Origin: a virus
Virus record (IMG/VR): IMGVR_UViG_3300043395_003089
Location: 1 to 64,000 of that record
Direction: 5' to 3' (one strand)
DNA length: 64,000 nt
How positions within the stretch are numbered: the first letter of the stretch is position 1; each line of letters opens with the position of its first letter. The position numbers and the translations under genes are program-made. Positions 28,212-37,316 of the stretch are shown here, piece after piece. The notes below the pieces were generated by a model, which made no database searches, was not told the origin of the DNA, and saw nothing but the letters and a program-made list of their open reading frames with translations.

Positions 28212-28544
28212 ATGTACGCGCTGAGATCCTACGAACAGACCGCGGTGTATGACCCCACGAATCCCGATCAACGGATTCGTGAAGGCTACGCCAGCGACCC
28301 GGGGCGCTGGACTTCCTACTACTGGAACCCAGTGGACACGGGTGCGCAGTTGCGCGGCTCGGGTCTCGGGATCTCGTGGTCGTCGCTCGGCTCGACGGCG
28401 CAGATCGGCGTGATCGCGGTTGTCGGCGCGCTCGCCGGCTACTTCACGTGGAAGCAGTGGGGCGACAAGCTCCGTCCGACCATGAAAAAGATCCCGATCA
28501 TCGGCTCGCAATTCGCCGGCTACAAGCGGCGGGGGCGGCGCTGA
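28212..28544 (+). CDS. small membrane protein with basic tail (putative virion)
   Basis: GGAGG SD; TM IGVIAVVGALAGYFTW; LRGSGLG motif. Confidence 0.7.
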   Translation: MYALRSYEQTAVYDPTNPDQRIREGYASDPGRWTSYYWNPVDTGAQLRGSGLGISWSSLGSTAQIGVIAVVGALAGYFTWKQWGDKLRPTMKKIPIIGSQFAGYKRRGRR

Positions 28545-28865
28545 CCGATGGCTCGCGTATCTGGTCGAACGATTCGAGCCATCCCATCGTTCAAGGCATT
28601 TTGCGCGTCCGTACACTCGACCAAGGCAGCGCGAACGCGCTGCGTCCGTCAATTGATGGACAGCGCCGAGACCAAGGCAGAGATGCGAGGCCTAGGGGCT
28701 CCGGGCTGCGTCGAGACGGTGAAGACGATCACCAAGCGTGACGGTAAAAAGGTCACGTTCCGTACGCGCGTTGGTGATGATTGCCCCAAAAGGATGCGGC
28801 CATCCACGCAGCATCTTCGGCCGTGGCAGTACAAATCGCAGGGTCGGCGCTGACCGATGGCTCGC
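28536..28865 (+). repeat. 21-bp direct repeat CGGCGCTGACCGATGGCTCGC flanking one gene
   Basis: Exact copies at 28536-28556 and 28845-28865. Confidence 0.85.
28548..28853 (+). CDS. basic Cys-containing protein (putative core protein)
   Basis: Arg/Lys-rich; MRGLG motif; C-terminal half resembles 62728-62988. Confidence 0.65.
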   Translation: MARVSGRTIRAIPSFKAFCASVHSTKAARTRCVRQLMDSAETKAEMRGLGAPGCVETVKTITKRDGKKVTFRTRVGDDCPKRMRPSTQHLRPWQYKSQGRR

Positions 28866-29105
28866 ACCGTCACCAGCGAGAACGCGCGGATCAACCGGCG
28901 CTGCGAAACAGCGCTGAAGGCCTTGAGCCCGCGCGAGTGCGACGCCCGAGCGGCGCTGCGCGCGAGCAACGCATGCGCCCACGTTCAATGGGGCACGCGG
29001 CTCGACAAGCACGCCAAGCGCGTGCTCAAGCGGCACGGGACATCATGCCCGGCGTTGCGCTTCGATGGATTCCACGGAACCCGCCGACGTCGGCGCCGTC
29101 GGTGA
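28857..29105 (+). CDS. basic protein with poly-Arg C-terminus
   Basis: Ends FDGFHGTRRRRRRR. Confidence 0.65.
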   Translation: MARTVTSENARINRRCETALKALSPRECDARAALRASNACAHVQWGTRLDKHAKRVLKRHGTSCPALRFDGFHGTRRRRRRR

Positions 29106-29117
29106 TAGGCTAGGGCC

Positions 29118-29360
29118 ATGCCCGCGTTGATGTCATTGGAAGGCCCCCGGGTCACGCACCTGGACGAGATCCGCAATCAGCTCTACGCCGCAACACCGCG
29201 GAGCTGGTGGCGAGCACAGGCCTCGCTCAAGGGCTTCACCGAGCCGTTCATCGCGCACCCGGTGTGGCTGCTTCTTGGCATCTTCGGCGGCATGTGGCTC
29301 GCGGGCAGCAAGACGGGGCAGACGTTGATCGCGAAGGCGAAGTACAAGCCCGGGTCTTAG
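29118..29360 (+). CDS. small membrane protein
   Basis: TM PVWLLLGIFGGMWLA; TGATAGGCT box 6 nt upstream. Confidence 0.65.
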   Translation: MPALMSLEGPRVTHLDEIRNQLYAATPRSWWRAQASLKGFTEPFIAHPVWLLLGIFGGMWLAGSKTGQTLIAKAKYKPGS

Positions 29361-29505
29361 TCGTTGCCGTTCGAGCTCGCGTCTCGCTTGCACGATGGCG
29401 CGGATGAGCAGCGCGGCGCGATCTGGTTGGTTGGGCATGCTCGGGTTCTAGTCGGGAGCCGATCGGGAGGGCAAGCGGGAGCGATCTCGGTGTAGGCTAG
29501 ACCGC

Positions 29506-29823
29506 ATGGCCAAGCGGATCGACGATAGCCACCAGCCGTACAAGCGCACGCGCAAGCTCGGGCCCGGCCCCGATCGGAGCCCGCCCAAGCTTCAGGCGCG
29601 CGACTGGGAGTGTCATCGCGGGAAGCGGCCCTACGAGCAGATCTGCGTGTGGGTCGGCGAGGGCAAGCGCTCGAACACCACGAACCGGATGAATCGCGCG
29701 AAGAAAAAGCGCTACAACAAGCGCTATCGCGCGTGGGCGAAGACGCATCGCGCGGCGCTGCGCAACAAGGGCCGGATCGGCACGTATCGTTGCCACAAGA
29801 CCAAGCAGACGAGGTGCAAATGA
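29506..29823 (+). CDS. highly basic protein
   Basis: Arg/Lys-rich, with Cys/Trp. Confidence 0.6.
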   Translation: MAKRIDDSHQPYKRTRKLGPGPDRSPPKLQARDWECHRGKRPYEQICVWVGEGKRSNTTNRMNRAKKKRYNKRYRAWAKTHRAALRNKGRIGTYRCHKTKQTRCK

Positions 29824-29950
29824 GCGTATCGGGCAACAGCCGAGTCGTGCCGATCCGAGAGCGCGAGATCTTGGTGCTGCCGATCATAGACGCGACGCCG
29901 CCCGAGATGTATCGCCGGCTCGAAACTGACTTGCGGAAGGCGCTCAAGCG

Positions 29951-30121
29951 ATGAGCAAGCATCGCGTTGGACGCCCCAAGCGCACGAAGGCCGCGCGAGC
30001 TTGCCTCGCGCAGCGGATCCGCAAGCACTGTCGCAAAAAGAATTGCGAGCGGATCGAGCCCCGACGGCAAGCGATCGCGATCGCGTTCAGCCAGTGCCGG
30101 CGGCTTGGCTTCAAGGTCTGA
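29951..30121 (+). CDS. 56-aa basic protein (not in ORF track)
   Basis: MSKHRVGRPKRTKAARACLAQRIRKHCRKKNCERIEPRRQAIAIAFSQCRRLGFKV. Confidence 0.55.
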   Translation: MSKHRVGRPKRTKAARACLAQRIRKHCRKKNCERIEPRRQAIAIAFSQCRRLGFKV

Positions 30122-30232
30122 CTAAAACGTAGCCTTAGCAGCCTCGTCCAGATGGCAAGCATCCTTGCGTGTCTTGAGCTGCTTGAGTGTTTCGGTGTTG
30201 AGCGAGAGCTTGGTGTTCTTGATTTTCTTCAT
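30122..30232 (-). CDS. 36-aa RiPP-leader-like peptide without a modifiable core (not in ORF track)
   Basis: MKKIKNTKLSLNTETLKQLKTRKDACHLDEAAKATF; AAGGA SD upstream; matches the leader at 3382. Confidence 0.65.
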   Translation of the reverse strand: MKKIKNTKLSLNTETLKQLKTRKDACHLDEAAKATF

Positions 30233-30286
30233 CGACGCATTCCTTGGTTGGTTGTTTCATCAAGCCACGGCAGGTGCCGTAGGGCA

Positions 30287-30589
30287 TCAAGTAGCGTAAC
30301 CCAGCTCGTAGAGTAATCGCATGAGGATGTCGCCATGACAGGCAAGCGGCGCGCAGTAGCAAGCAAGCGGCTTGTCACCGTCGACGAGCTCAGGGAGCGC
30401 GGCCATGAGCTGAGGCGAGCTACGAAGCCACGGCTCGTAGGCTTGAATCGCGAGCGCGCGATTGAGAACTTTGAAGCGCGCGATCGTTGATGGCAGATGC
30501 GAGTACGGGTTACCCCACTTCGACGGTCGGCCGATATAGACGTACTGATCCGGCCGCAGTCGAGTCGTGTTGAGATTGATCAGCCGCAT
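30287..30589 (-). CDS. DUF4326-like protein
   Basis: YIGRPSKWGNPY ... LACYCAPLACHGDIL. Confidence 0.85.
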   Translation of the reverse strand: MRLINLNTTRLRPDQYVYIGRPSKWGNPYSHLPSTIARFKVLNRALAIQAYEPWLRSSPQLMAALPELVDGDKPLACYCAPLACHGDILMRLLYELGYAT

Positions 30590-30742
30590 CGCGCTTCCGG
30601 CCAGCCGAGCAATCGCCGCACGCGGCGTTGACGCTCTTGTGCCTCTTGCTCGACACGCGCGATCTCCAGGCGGCACCAGACGCAACCGCACGTCGGTGAC
30701 ACAGGATGATGGTCGTGTTTCTTCATGCCGCTCGTGCTCCTA

Positions 30743-31246
30743 TCACAACTCCTCGTCGAATTCTTCCTCGTCTTCGTCGTCGTGCATGCCGTGGAGCAGT
30801 GCCCGCATCTTGATCAACTCGGCTGCGCCCATCTCGCGTGGGTCATCCCAGAATTCGAGGATCGAGTACGAGACCACGTCGGGCGTCTTGCCGTTGGTCG
30901 ACGTCGGGAACAGCGGATCGAGCATCTCGCCCGCGAACTTGGCATTGACAGCCGACTCGCGCTCGCGCTCGTCGCGGATCTTGCGACGTAAGTCCGTCGT
31001 CGCGCGGCGCCTGGCCTCACGCGCGAGCTTGCGGCTCGACCGTGCCTGTCTGTAGTCGTAGACCAGCGCAGTCAGCCGGTTGTGGATCGGTTCGAGCGCC
31101 TTGAAGAATGCATCACGCTGTTGTTCACAGACATCGAGAACAGCTTGAGCGTCCTCGCGAGTCATGCGATACGCGACCGGCCACATGGTGTCGAGTGCCT
31201 CGGCAACGTACGTGTGGCGTCCAACGACGCAGTAGAGCGCGGGCAT
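30743..31246 (-). CDS. hypothetical protein with acidic tail
   Basis: Start set by the 23-bp motif at 31257-31279. Confidence 0.55.
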   Translation of the reverse strand: MPALYCVVGRHTYVAEALDTMWPVAYRMTREDAQAVLDVCEQQRDAFFKALEPIHNRLTALVYDYRQARSSRKLAREARRRATTDLRRKIRDERERESAVNAKFAGEMLDPLFPTSTNGKTPDVVSYSILEFWDDPREMGAAELIKMRALLHGMHDDEDEEEFDEEL

Positions 31247-31316
31247 CTCGACAGGGAGTCTAGCTCGCTGCTCTGACAGCAACGTTGGCAGCTCAGCGAG
31301 GTAGACTGGCTACGAC

Positions 31317-31574
31317 ATGAAACTACGCGAGCCCGAACCACTGCCGCACTTGCGCGACTGCCGAGCCGAGCCGTTACCGCTCGCGCGCTCGCATCCGCGC
31401 ACGATCTTGCCGCGTTGGGGTCGGCGCTTTTTCGCGTTCGTCGACAAGACACTCGCGCGGCGTGACGCCCCGTTGTCGTTGCTCTGCGCGTTGCTGCTCG
31501 GCCTCGTATTCGTCGTGATCCCGACGGTGTTCGCGCTGTGGATCTGGCGTGGAGATTATCGTGTCGAGACGTAG
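31317..31574 (+). CDS. small membrane protein
   Basis: Long hydrophobic segment; preceded by the 23-bp motif. Confidence 0.5.
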   Translation: MKLREPEPLPHLRDCRAEPLPLARSHPRTILPRWGRRFFAFVDKTLARRDAPLSLLCALLLGLVFVVIPTVFALWIWRGDYRVET

Positions 31575-31775
31575 ACGACGATGCGTCGGTTGCGGCGCGC
31601 TCTTTCTGATGCCGCGCGACCCGAGTCGCTACAACGATAGCTGCATGCGCTGCATGGGCTACACGGTGAAGACGCTCTTGCAACTACGCACGCTTCAGAG
31701 CCCGGCGCGCTACAACCGACAGTGCGAGGCCTGCACGCCGCGAGGAAGAACACTCAACGAGCGCCACGAGCTCGA

Positions 31776-34655
31776 CTAGCGTGGGCGCGCGTAGTCGGCC
31801 GTGAGCGTCGCGTGAACATCGCCGGGCCGCGCGTCGTCGTAGAAAGGCACCGGTCGCATGGCGCCCTTCACGGGCACGTGCTGGCCATCCATCGTCTCGA
31901 CCCAAGCGGTTCCCTGTTGCTTCCACTTGCGGCGCCACGCCTCGGCCTCGGGCAACGTCAGCGCCCGCGGGGCGTCGACGATCTTGCGGACGCTAACGAT
32001 CTTGCCGTCGCGGCGCGTGACGAGGTTGTAGGCGACGCGATAGCCGGTGGTGGAGCCCATGCCGGCATTCTTGCGCGCTGCTCTGCCACGAAGGCCGAAC
32101 AGATGGTGCTTGCTGAGTGTGTGGTGAGCAGCGGCGAAGCGTCGATCCGTCGAAGGCGATTGCTCGAAGTCTCGAAGGAGCTTGCGTGCATCATCGAGCG
32201 ACGCCGAACGCGGCAACGTACGGAGCAGCTTCGAGACCTGCCATGCGCCCATTGCGGCGACGCGGCGAGCTTCTTCCTCGGTATCAGCCGTGCCGAACGG
32301 GATCAGCGGCTTGGTCCATTCGCCGTTGCGAATGTGCGGCACGCTCGCGATCTCGTCGCGTTCAAGCCCCCATGCGAGGAGTAGCTCGGGTTCCCACTGG
32401 CCTGGATTTTTTGGATCCTCGTGAACGTCCCACCAGACGTTGTAGACATTGTTGGAGCCGTCCTGTGGATAGATTCTCACGGCGCCCGAGTCGGCGTGGT
32501 CATGATTCATCGTCGTCAGTACCGAGATCGGGATCTCGTTCTGCTCGGCGAAGTCTTCGGCGATGTCTAGCGCCTCGGGTCCTTCGTTGTTGATCAGCCG
32601 ACGAAACATGTTGCGCTGGTTCCTGAGATCCTCGTCGTCGAGCTCGAAGTACGTTACGTTCTCGTTCATGCGCCCCGCAGCCATCGCCTCTTCGCGGGTC
32701 GCGTAGCGCGACGTCTTGATCTTGCGGGCGCCGAGCCCGAACAGCTCGGGCTGCTCCTTCAAGTGATCGCGCGCGGAGTCGCGATAGATCGCGTCGACGA
32801 CACGTTGACGATAGGCTCCCTCGGTCAGATTTTTCCCGCGGTACAGCTTCAACTCGTTGGCGACTTCCCAAGCCTCGGCGCCGACGATCTGTTCGAGCTC
32901 GCGAAGCGACTTGGCTCGACGAGGGTAGCCAGCGCCGATGTGTAGCGGCTTGTTGTCAAGCAATGTATTCCACTCGACATCGTAGAGTTGTTTGCCGTCG
33001 ACGCTCCTCCCCGGGAGACGGGTGATCGTCCAACTCACGCGTGTCGCCGGATCGTCTGGGGCTCCAACCGGGCTCAAGTAAAGCGTACGCAGCTCGCCGA
33101 TCTTGATTCCGTGCTCTAGCGCGTAGTCGGTCGCAGCAACCAACTCGGCCGGCGTCTGCGCGGTCTGAGTGAGCATCTTGAAAGTCTCGGTCGGAAACTC
33201 GTTGCGGTCCTCGCGCTCGCCACGAAGCCCGAACAGCTCCTCGGGCTCGCTGTTGTCGCGATCGAGCGTATGGAAGATATCGCGTGCTTGCGGCGTGAAG
33301 CCTTGCGCACGCAGCTTCTTCGTCTCTTTCGCGAGTGCCCATGCCTGCGCGGTCGCCGCGCGTCGGCAGTAGTCCATGTTGCCTTGGTAGTGCTCCTCGA
33401 ACTTGACGTGATCGCTCTCGCGTTCTTCGCCGCCAACGCGCGCTCCATCGATACGAACATCGAAGACGGCTTTGCACTCGCCACCGTGGCGCTCGTTCAC
33501 GCGCTTGACGCGCCACGAGACACGGTCACGCTTGAAGATGTCCTCGTTGTTGTCGAGCCAGAACGTGCCGCGGTTGTCGGTGCCGCCTTTGGACAGCTCG
33601 CTCAGCTTGATCTCGTGTTGAAGCGCGAGATCCTCGGCGGGAACAAGCGCGCCCGGATCGGGGTCAGCGATCAGCTCCTTGATCTGCTTGCTCACGCGTT
33701 GACGTTCGGCCAACGGATCTTCGCCGAGGCCGCGTTTCTGGCGCGCGACGCAACGCTTGAACGCAGCGGGTGGCATGTTGACGCTACACGTCTCGCCGAG
33801 ATCGTCGAGCCCCTTTAGCTTGTAGCCTTTCTCTCGAAGTTTTTGCACTTCCCGCAGGCGCTCCTGCCACTCGTTGTGCGACTCATGCGGATGCCAGGCG
33901 TCGACCGGCGTCGAGCGCGTTGGTGGCGGCACTGGCGGCGTATCCTGTCGGCCGAGGCCTGAGATCATCGGCAGATCGATCTTGCCTTTCTTCCACCACG
34001 AGTAGGCCAGCGCGCCACCGACGGCGCCGAGGATGCCAATCGCGAACGGGAGCCACGTCTTGGGCTGCGCAGCGTCGAGCACGAGCTTTTGCAAGCCCTG
34101 CGCGGTCACGCGCGCGGCGTCGCCGCCGAAGTGCACGCCATCGCGAGCTCGACCGACCATCGCCGTGATCGGCCGCGGATCGATGTAGCGGTTCTTGCCG
34201 AACACGCTCTGCATCATCTCGATCACGGGCAGCGCCTGTTGGGTCAGCTGATCATTGGCGTACGCGAACGGCCCGATCGCCCACACGTCGGCGCCGAGGC
34301 CCTTGTAGAAGTCGCGGATCTTCGTCATCGCCTGCTTGTCGACGTCGAGATTGAGCCCGATGTCGTTGGTGCCAAGCACGACGAAAACCTTGGTCGGCAT
34401 GAACGCTTGATCGCTGCCGAGCAAGGCCTGGAAGTTCTCGCGGCCGAAGAAATTGTGCGCGCTGCGGCCCACACGCGCGTTGACACGCACGGCCGAGGCT
34501 CCCTGTTCGAGCAGCATGCTCGCGAGCAAGTCGCCGGGCTGGCCGGACGCGCGATTCGAGCCCGTGTCAACGTCCCAGATCTCGGGCCCGGCGTCGGGGC
34601 CGTGATGGCTCAACGAATCGCCAAAAATCAAGATGCGCTGCCCGCGGACGTCCAT
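31776..34655 (-). CDS. 959-aa modular protein: SGNH/GDSL hydrolase, TM segment, three internal repeats separated by xGL(R)G motifs
   Basis: IFGDSLS, GTND, DGVH; TM WLPFAIGILGAVGGALAYSWW; repeats ending LFGLRG/LFGLG/LFGLRG. Confidence 0.8.
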   Translation of the reverse strand: MDVRGQRILIFGDSLSHHGPDAGPEIWDVDTGSNRASGQPGDLLASMLLEQGASAVRVNARVGRSAHNFFGRENFQALLGSDQAFMPTKVFVVLGTNDIGLNLDVDKQAMTKIRDFYKGLGADVWAIGPFAYANDQLTQQALPVIEMMQSVFGKNRYIDPRPITAMVGRARDGVHFGGDAARVTAQGLQKLVLDAAQPKTWLPFAIGILGAVGGALAYSWWKKGKIDLPMISGLGRQDTPPVPPPTRSTPVDAWHPHESHNEWQERLREVQKLREKGYKLKGLDDLGETCSVNMPPAAFKRCVARQKRGLGEDPLAERQRVSKQIKELIADPDPGALVPAEDLALQHEIKLSELSKGGTDNRGTFWLDNNEDIFKRDRVSWRVKRVNERHGGECKAVFDVRIDGARVGGEERESDHVKFEEHYQGNMDYCRRAATAQAWALAKETKKLRAQGFTPQARDIFHTLDRDNSEPEELFGLRGEREDRNEFPTETFKMLTQTAQTPAELVAATDYALEHGIKIGELRTLYLSPVGAPDDPATRVSWTITRLPGRSVDGKQLYDVEWNTLLDNKPLHIGAGYPRRAKSLRELEQIVGAEAWEVANELKLYRGKNLTEGAYRQRVVDAIYRDSARDHLKEQPELFGLGARKIKTSRYATREEAMAAGRMNENVTYFELDDEDLRNQRNMFRRLINNEGPEALDIAEDFAEQNEIPISVLTTMNHDHADSGAVRIYPQDGSNNVYNVWWDVHEDPKNPGQWEPELLLAWGLERDEIASVPHIRNGEWTKPLIPFGTADTEEEARRVAAMGAWQVSKLLRTLPRSASLDDARKLLRDFEQSPSTDRRFAAAHHTLSKHHLFGLRGRAARKNAGMGSTTGYRVAYNLVTRRDGKIVSVRKIVDAPRALTLPEAEAWRRKWKQQGTAWVETMDGQHVPVKGAMRPVPFYDDARPGDVHATLTADYARPR

Positions 34656-34944
34656 GCCCTACAGGCTATCACGAGCGGAAATAGGCGAGCCGGCCGGGGT
34701 TTCACCGGCTGAGGGAGGAACGCGCACCGCTACGCGCCACAATGGGGCCCTCAACAGCGATCGGGACGCGACATCGCACGATCGAGGCCTAGCCAGCGAG
34801 GGAAGTCTCTGGGGTCGGCGTTCAGCTCAGAAGTGGCGGATACGATCGAGTGCGGGGTGCGCGAGAGTCAGGTCCATTACCTGATGCTTGTCGAGAGCAT
34901 CGTGCGTGTGGGCACCACGCGGCGGATCGTGTCCGAGGCTGGTT

Positions 34945-35457
34945 CTACGCCGCTCCTTCCTCGGCGTCAAGTTTCGGTAGTTCGAGCGCGCCTTTCAGGT
35001 TGAACTGGAACACGAAGCGCTGGTGTAGTGCCCGCGCCTCGGGCAGCTCGCCGACGAGCCCGACGATGTTGTTCGAGCTCTCATCGACGGCGTAGAGCAT
35101 CGGCCCGTGGCGATGGAACGTCACGATGCGCTCGACGCGTATGGCGTCGAGATCGAGCACCAGCGACAGCTCGTGGATCTTGGCCTGTGTGAACGGGCGA
35201 ATCTCGCCGAGCGTCTCGATCGTGCAGAACGTCGAGTGCTCTGATGGCGGCTTCGGTTCGTAGTAATAGCTCGGGCGTGGCGCTCGGTGCGGGCAGACGC
35301 CCGACACAGGCGGCACGTGATAGAGCTGATCGTCGATTCCGATGATCCCGGCGTTGCCCTTGTAGAGCTGAGTCAGGCGCTGCGTGCCGAGGAAGAAATC
35401 CAGCGGCACGGCCGGCGCTTCGTCGGCGTCGTCGGGCTCGTCGGTGTCGTGCACCAA
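34945..35457 (-). CDS. hypothetical protein
   Basis: ORF preceded by the 23-bp motif. Confidence 0.55.
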   Translation of the reverse strand: MVHDTDEPDDADEAPAVPLDFFLGTQRLTQLYKGNAGIIGIDDQLYHVPPVSGVCPHRAPRPSYYYEPKPPSEHSTFCTIETLGEIRPFTQAKIHELSLVLDLDAIRVERIVTFHRHGPMLYAVDESSNNIVGLVGELPEARALHQRFVFQFNLKGALELPKLDAEEGAA

Positions 35458-35463
35458 GAGAGC

Positions 35464-35985
35464 CTAGCTCGCTGCTCTGCCAGTCCTAGCTACGTCGAAA
35501 GCAACCGTAATGCGCGGAGTCTCGTGCGGGTGTTTCTCGACGGAATGCCCGAGCCGCGATGGGAAGAGAACGAGTAGATCGGTTACTGGCTCGACACGCT
35601 CGACGCAAACCTCGTATCTCGACGGGCACCACTCGAAGATCGTTGCGGCACTTCGAGGGCCCCCTGGTTCCAGGTAAACGATTCCTGACCATGCATAGCG
35701 CGCGTTGTGCGTGTGCGCTCGATGATGTGAGCCCAGACGATTCACGACGGCCCAGCCAACGAGCGAGGCTGGATCAGCTTCGAGCTCAGGTATCGAGGCA
35801 AGCAAGGCGCAGAGCCGCGCGTGCAGCCACGTCGTCTTGAGCCACGTAGGCGACGAGCGCCAACCGCCTCGGTTGTGTGAGGCGTGAGATTCCGTCGACG
35901 CGGCGAGCTGCAAGATGTCGGCGCAGAGCGCTTGGCGTTCGAGCTCGCCGAGGCCGAGCGACAAGCGCTTGATCGGCGACGTCAC
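35464..35985 (-). CDS. 2OG-Fe(II) oxygenase-like protein (TIGR02466 type)
   Basis: NRGGWRS, WAVVN..HTH..WSGIVYL, LFPSRLGHSV, RITVAFD. Confidence 0.75.
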   Translation of the reverse strand: MTSPIKRLSLGLGELERQALCADILQLAASTESHASHNRGGWRSSPTWLKTTWLHARLCALLASIPELEADPASLVGWAVVNRLGSHHRAHTHNARYAWSGIVYLEPGGPRSAATIFEWCPSRYEVCVERVEPVTDLLVLFPSRLGHSVEKHPHETPRITVAFDVARTGRAAS

Positions 35986-36383
35986 TCGGTCGGGTTGTAC
36001 GTGTCGCACTTGCCGGGGCCCGCGTTGGTGTGCGGAACCCAGAACAGCACGTTCGGTGCCGCAGCGCCTTCATCGCTGTTCGACAGCACGACATGCACCG
36101 TGTTGGTGTCGGTGTCGAGGTAGGGCTCGCCGACGATCGTGATGCTCGCCCATTCGCTCATCGGTGGTAGCGGGATCACCATGCAACGCGACGCGGGCGT
36201 CGTGCCATCGGATGGTGGCGTCGATTGCGCGACACCGAGCGGCGGATCGACGGGGTCCGATGGACCACCAGACGTGTTGTAGGCCTGATTGGCGACCTGC
36301 AACAGCGTATCCACGTTGGTGTCACCGCCAGGGAGGGAGAGTCGAGCTCGACGCCAATGGAGATTGCCAGCTTGTGCGCTCAT
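35982..36383 (-). CDS. putative virion beta-strand protein
   Basis: Composition; TGCTAGCGT box 6 nt upstream. Confidence 0.45.
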   Translation of the reverse strand: MSAQAGNLHWRRARLSLPGGDTNVDTLLQVANQAYNTSGGPSDPVDPPLGVAQSTPPSDGTTPASRCMVIPLPPMSEWASITIVGEPYLDTDTNTVHVVLSNSDEGAAAPNVLFWVPHTNAGPGKCDTYNPTE

Positions 36384-36416
36384 GGCACGACGCTAGCACG
36401 GCGCCGGAAGTACGCG

Positions 36417-36941
36417 CTAGCGGCGAACGAGCAACGCGGCGATGATCGCGACGACCGAGAGCCCGCCGATCACGAGGGCCCAGCGCGGGATCCGCGTCGC
36501 GTAGACCTGACTGGCAGGCACGGTCGCGACGATCTGTGTCCCCGGATTCGGGCTGACATCGACGGGAATCCCCGGTTGCGGCGGGTTGATGCCCGGCACG
36601 CTTGGCGCGTTCGGCGGCGCCGGCAACGCGGGCGCTGGGCCACATGCAGGCGTGCCGGTCTTGGCCTGGAACGCGAGGAGCTGATCGTAGCTGCACGTGC
36701 GGCCGTAGCCATCCATCACGACGCACTGCGAACGTCCGTCGATGCAGCCTTGCGACATGCAGACGCCGTTGTTCGAGACATAGCCATAGCCGCAGCCGCC
36801 ACCAACCGTCAGCCCGCCGCCGGTCGTGGCGTTCGGTGGCATCGTCGACGTTGGAGGCCTCGCTGCGCCCCCGCGCGAGACGGTCATCGGGTACGAGGCC
36901 GGCATGTACTGCGCGGGGCCGTTGAGGTTCAGCTGCAACAT
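36417..36941 (-). CDS. Cys/Pro-rich protein with C-terminal membrane anchor
   Basis: Six Cys, Pro-rich linker, TM WALVIGGLSVVAIIAALLV followed by RR. Confidence 0.65.
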   Translation of the reverse strand: MLQLNLNGPAQYMPASYPMTVSRGGAARPPTSTMPPNATTGGGLTVGGGCGYGYVSNNGVCMSQGCIDGRSQCVVMDGYGRTCSYDQLLAFQAKTGTPACGPAPALPAPPNAPSVPGINPPQPGIPVDVSPNPGTQIVATVPASQVYATRIPRWALVIGGLSVVAIIAALLVRR

Positions 36942-36953
36942 GCTGTCAGCCTA

Positions 36954-37316
36954 TCACGGCACGCGCTTGTGCTCACCCTCGTGGTTGAGCTTGAGCCCGC
37001 AACGATGTCGGGTCTTGCACTCGCCGCAGTAGACGTGTTCGCGGCACTGATCGAGCATCCGGCCGTATTCGTCGATCGGCATCAGGTTGTGCCCGAGATG
37101 CTTGCGAAACCACGCCGGGTCGATTGACCCGTAGCACCCGCTGTAGCCCAAGCGGAAGTTGAGTTGATCGCCAAGCTCGGTGGATAGCTCGGCGAGCGCT
37201 GCGATTGCGTCAGCATGCTTGATCAAGAGCAACATGCGATCGTCTTGGTGATTCGCGTCGTCGAAGTGGTGGATCTCATCGCAATCGACGCACTTGATGT
37301 TCCAGTCCGTGCTCAT
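36954..37316 (-). CDS. Cys/His-rich hypothetical protein
   Basis: CVDC, CGEC..CGLKLNHEGEH. Confidence 0.5.
   Translation of the reverse strand: MSTDWNIKCVDCDEIHHFDDANHQDDRMLLLIKHADAIAALAELSTELGDQLNFRLGYSGCYGSIDPAWFRKHLGHNLMPIDEYGRMLDQCREHVYCGECKTRHRCGLKLNHEGEHKRVP

Noticed and set aside
35464-35985. 2OG-Fe(II) oxygenase or the 54268 methyltransferase as RiPP tailoring enzymes
   Set aside because: Both are far from the precursor and belong to families common in phages beside structural genes; there is no linking evidence
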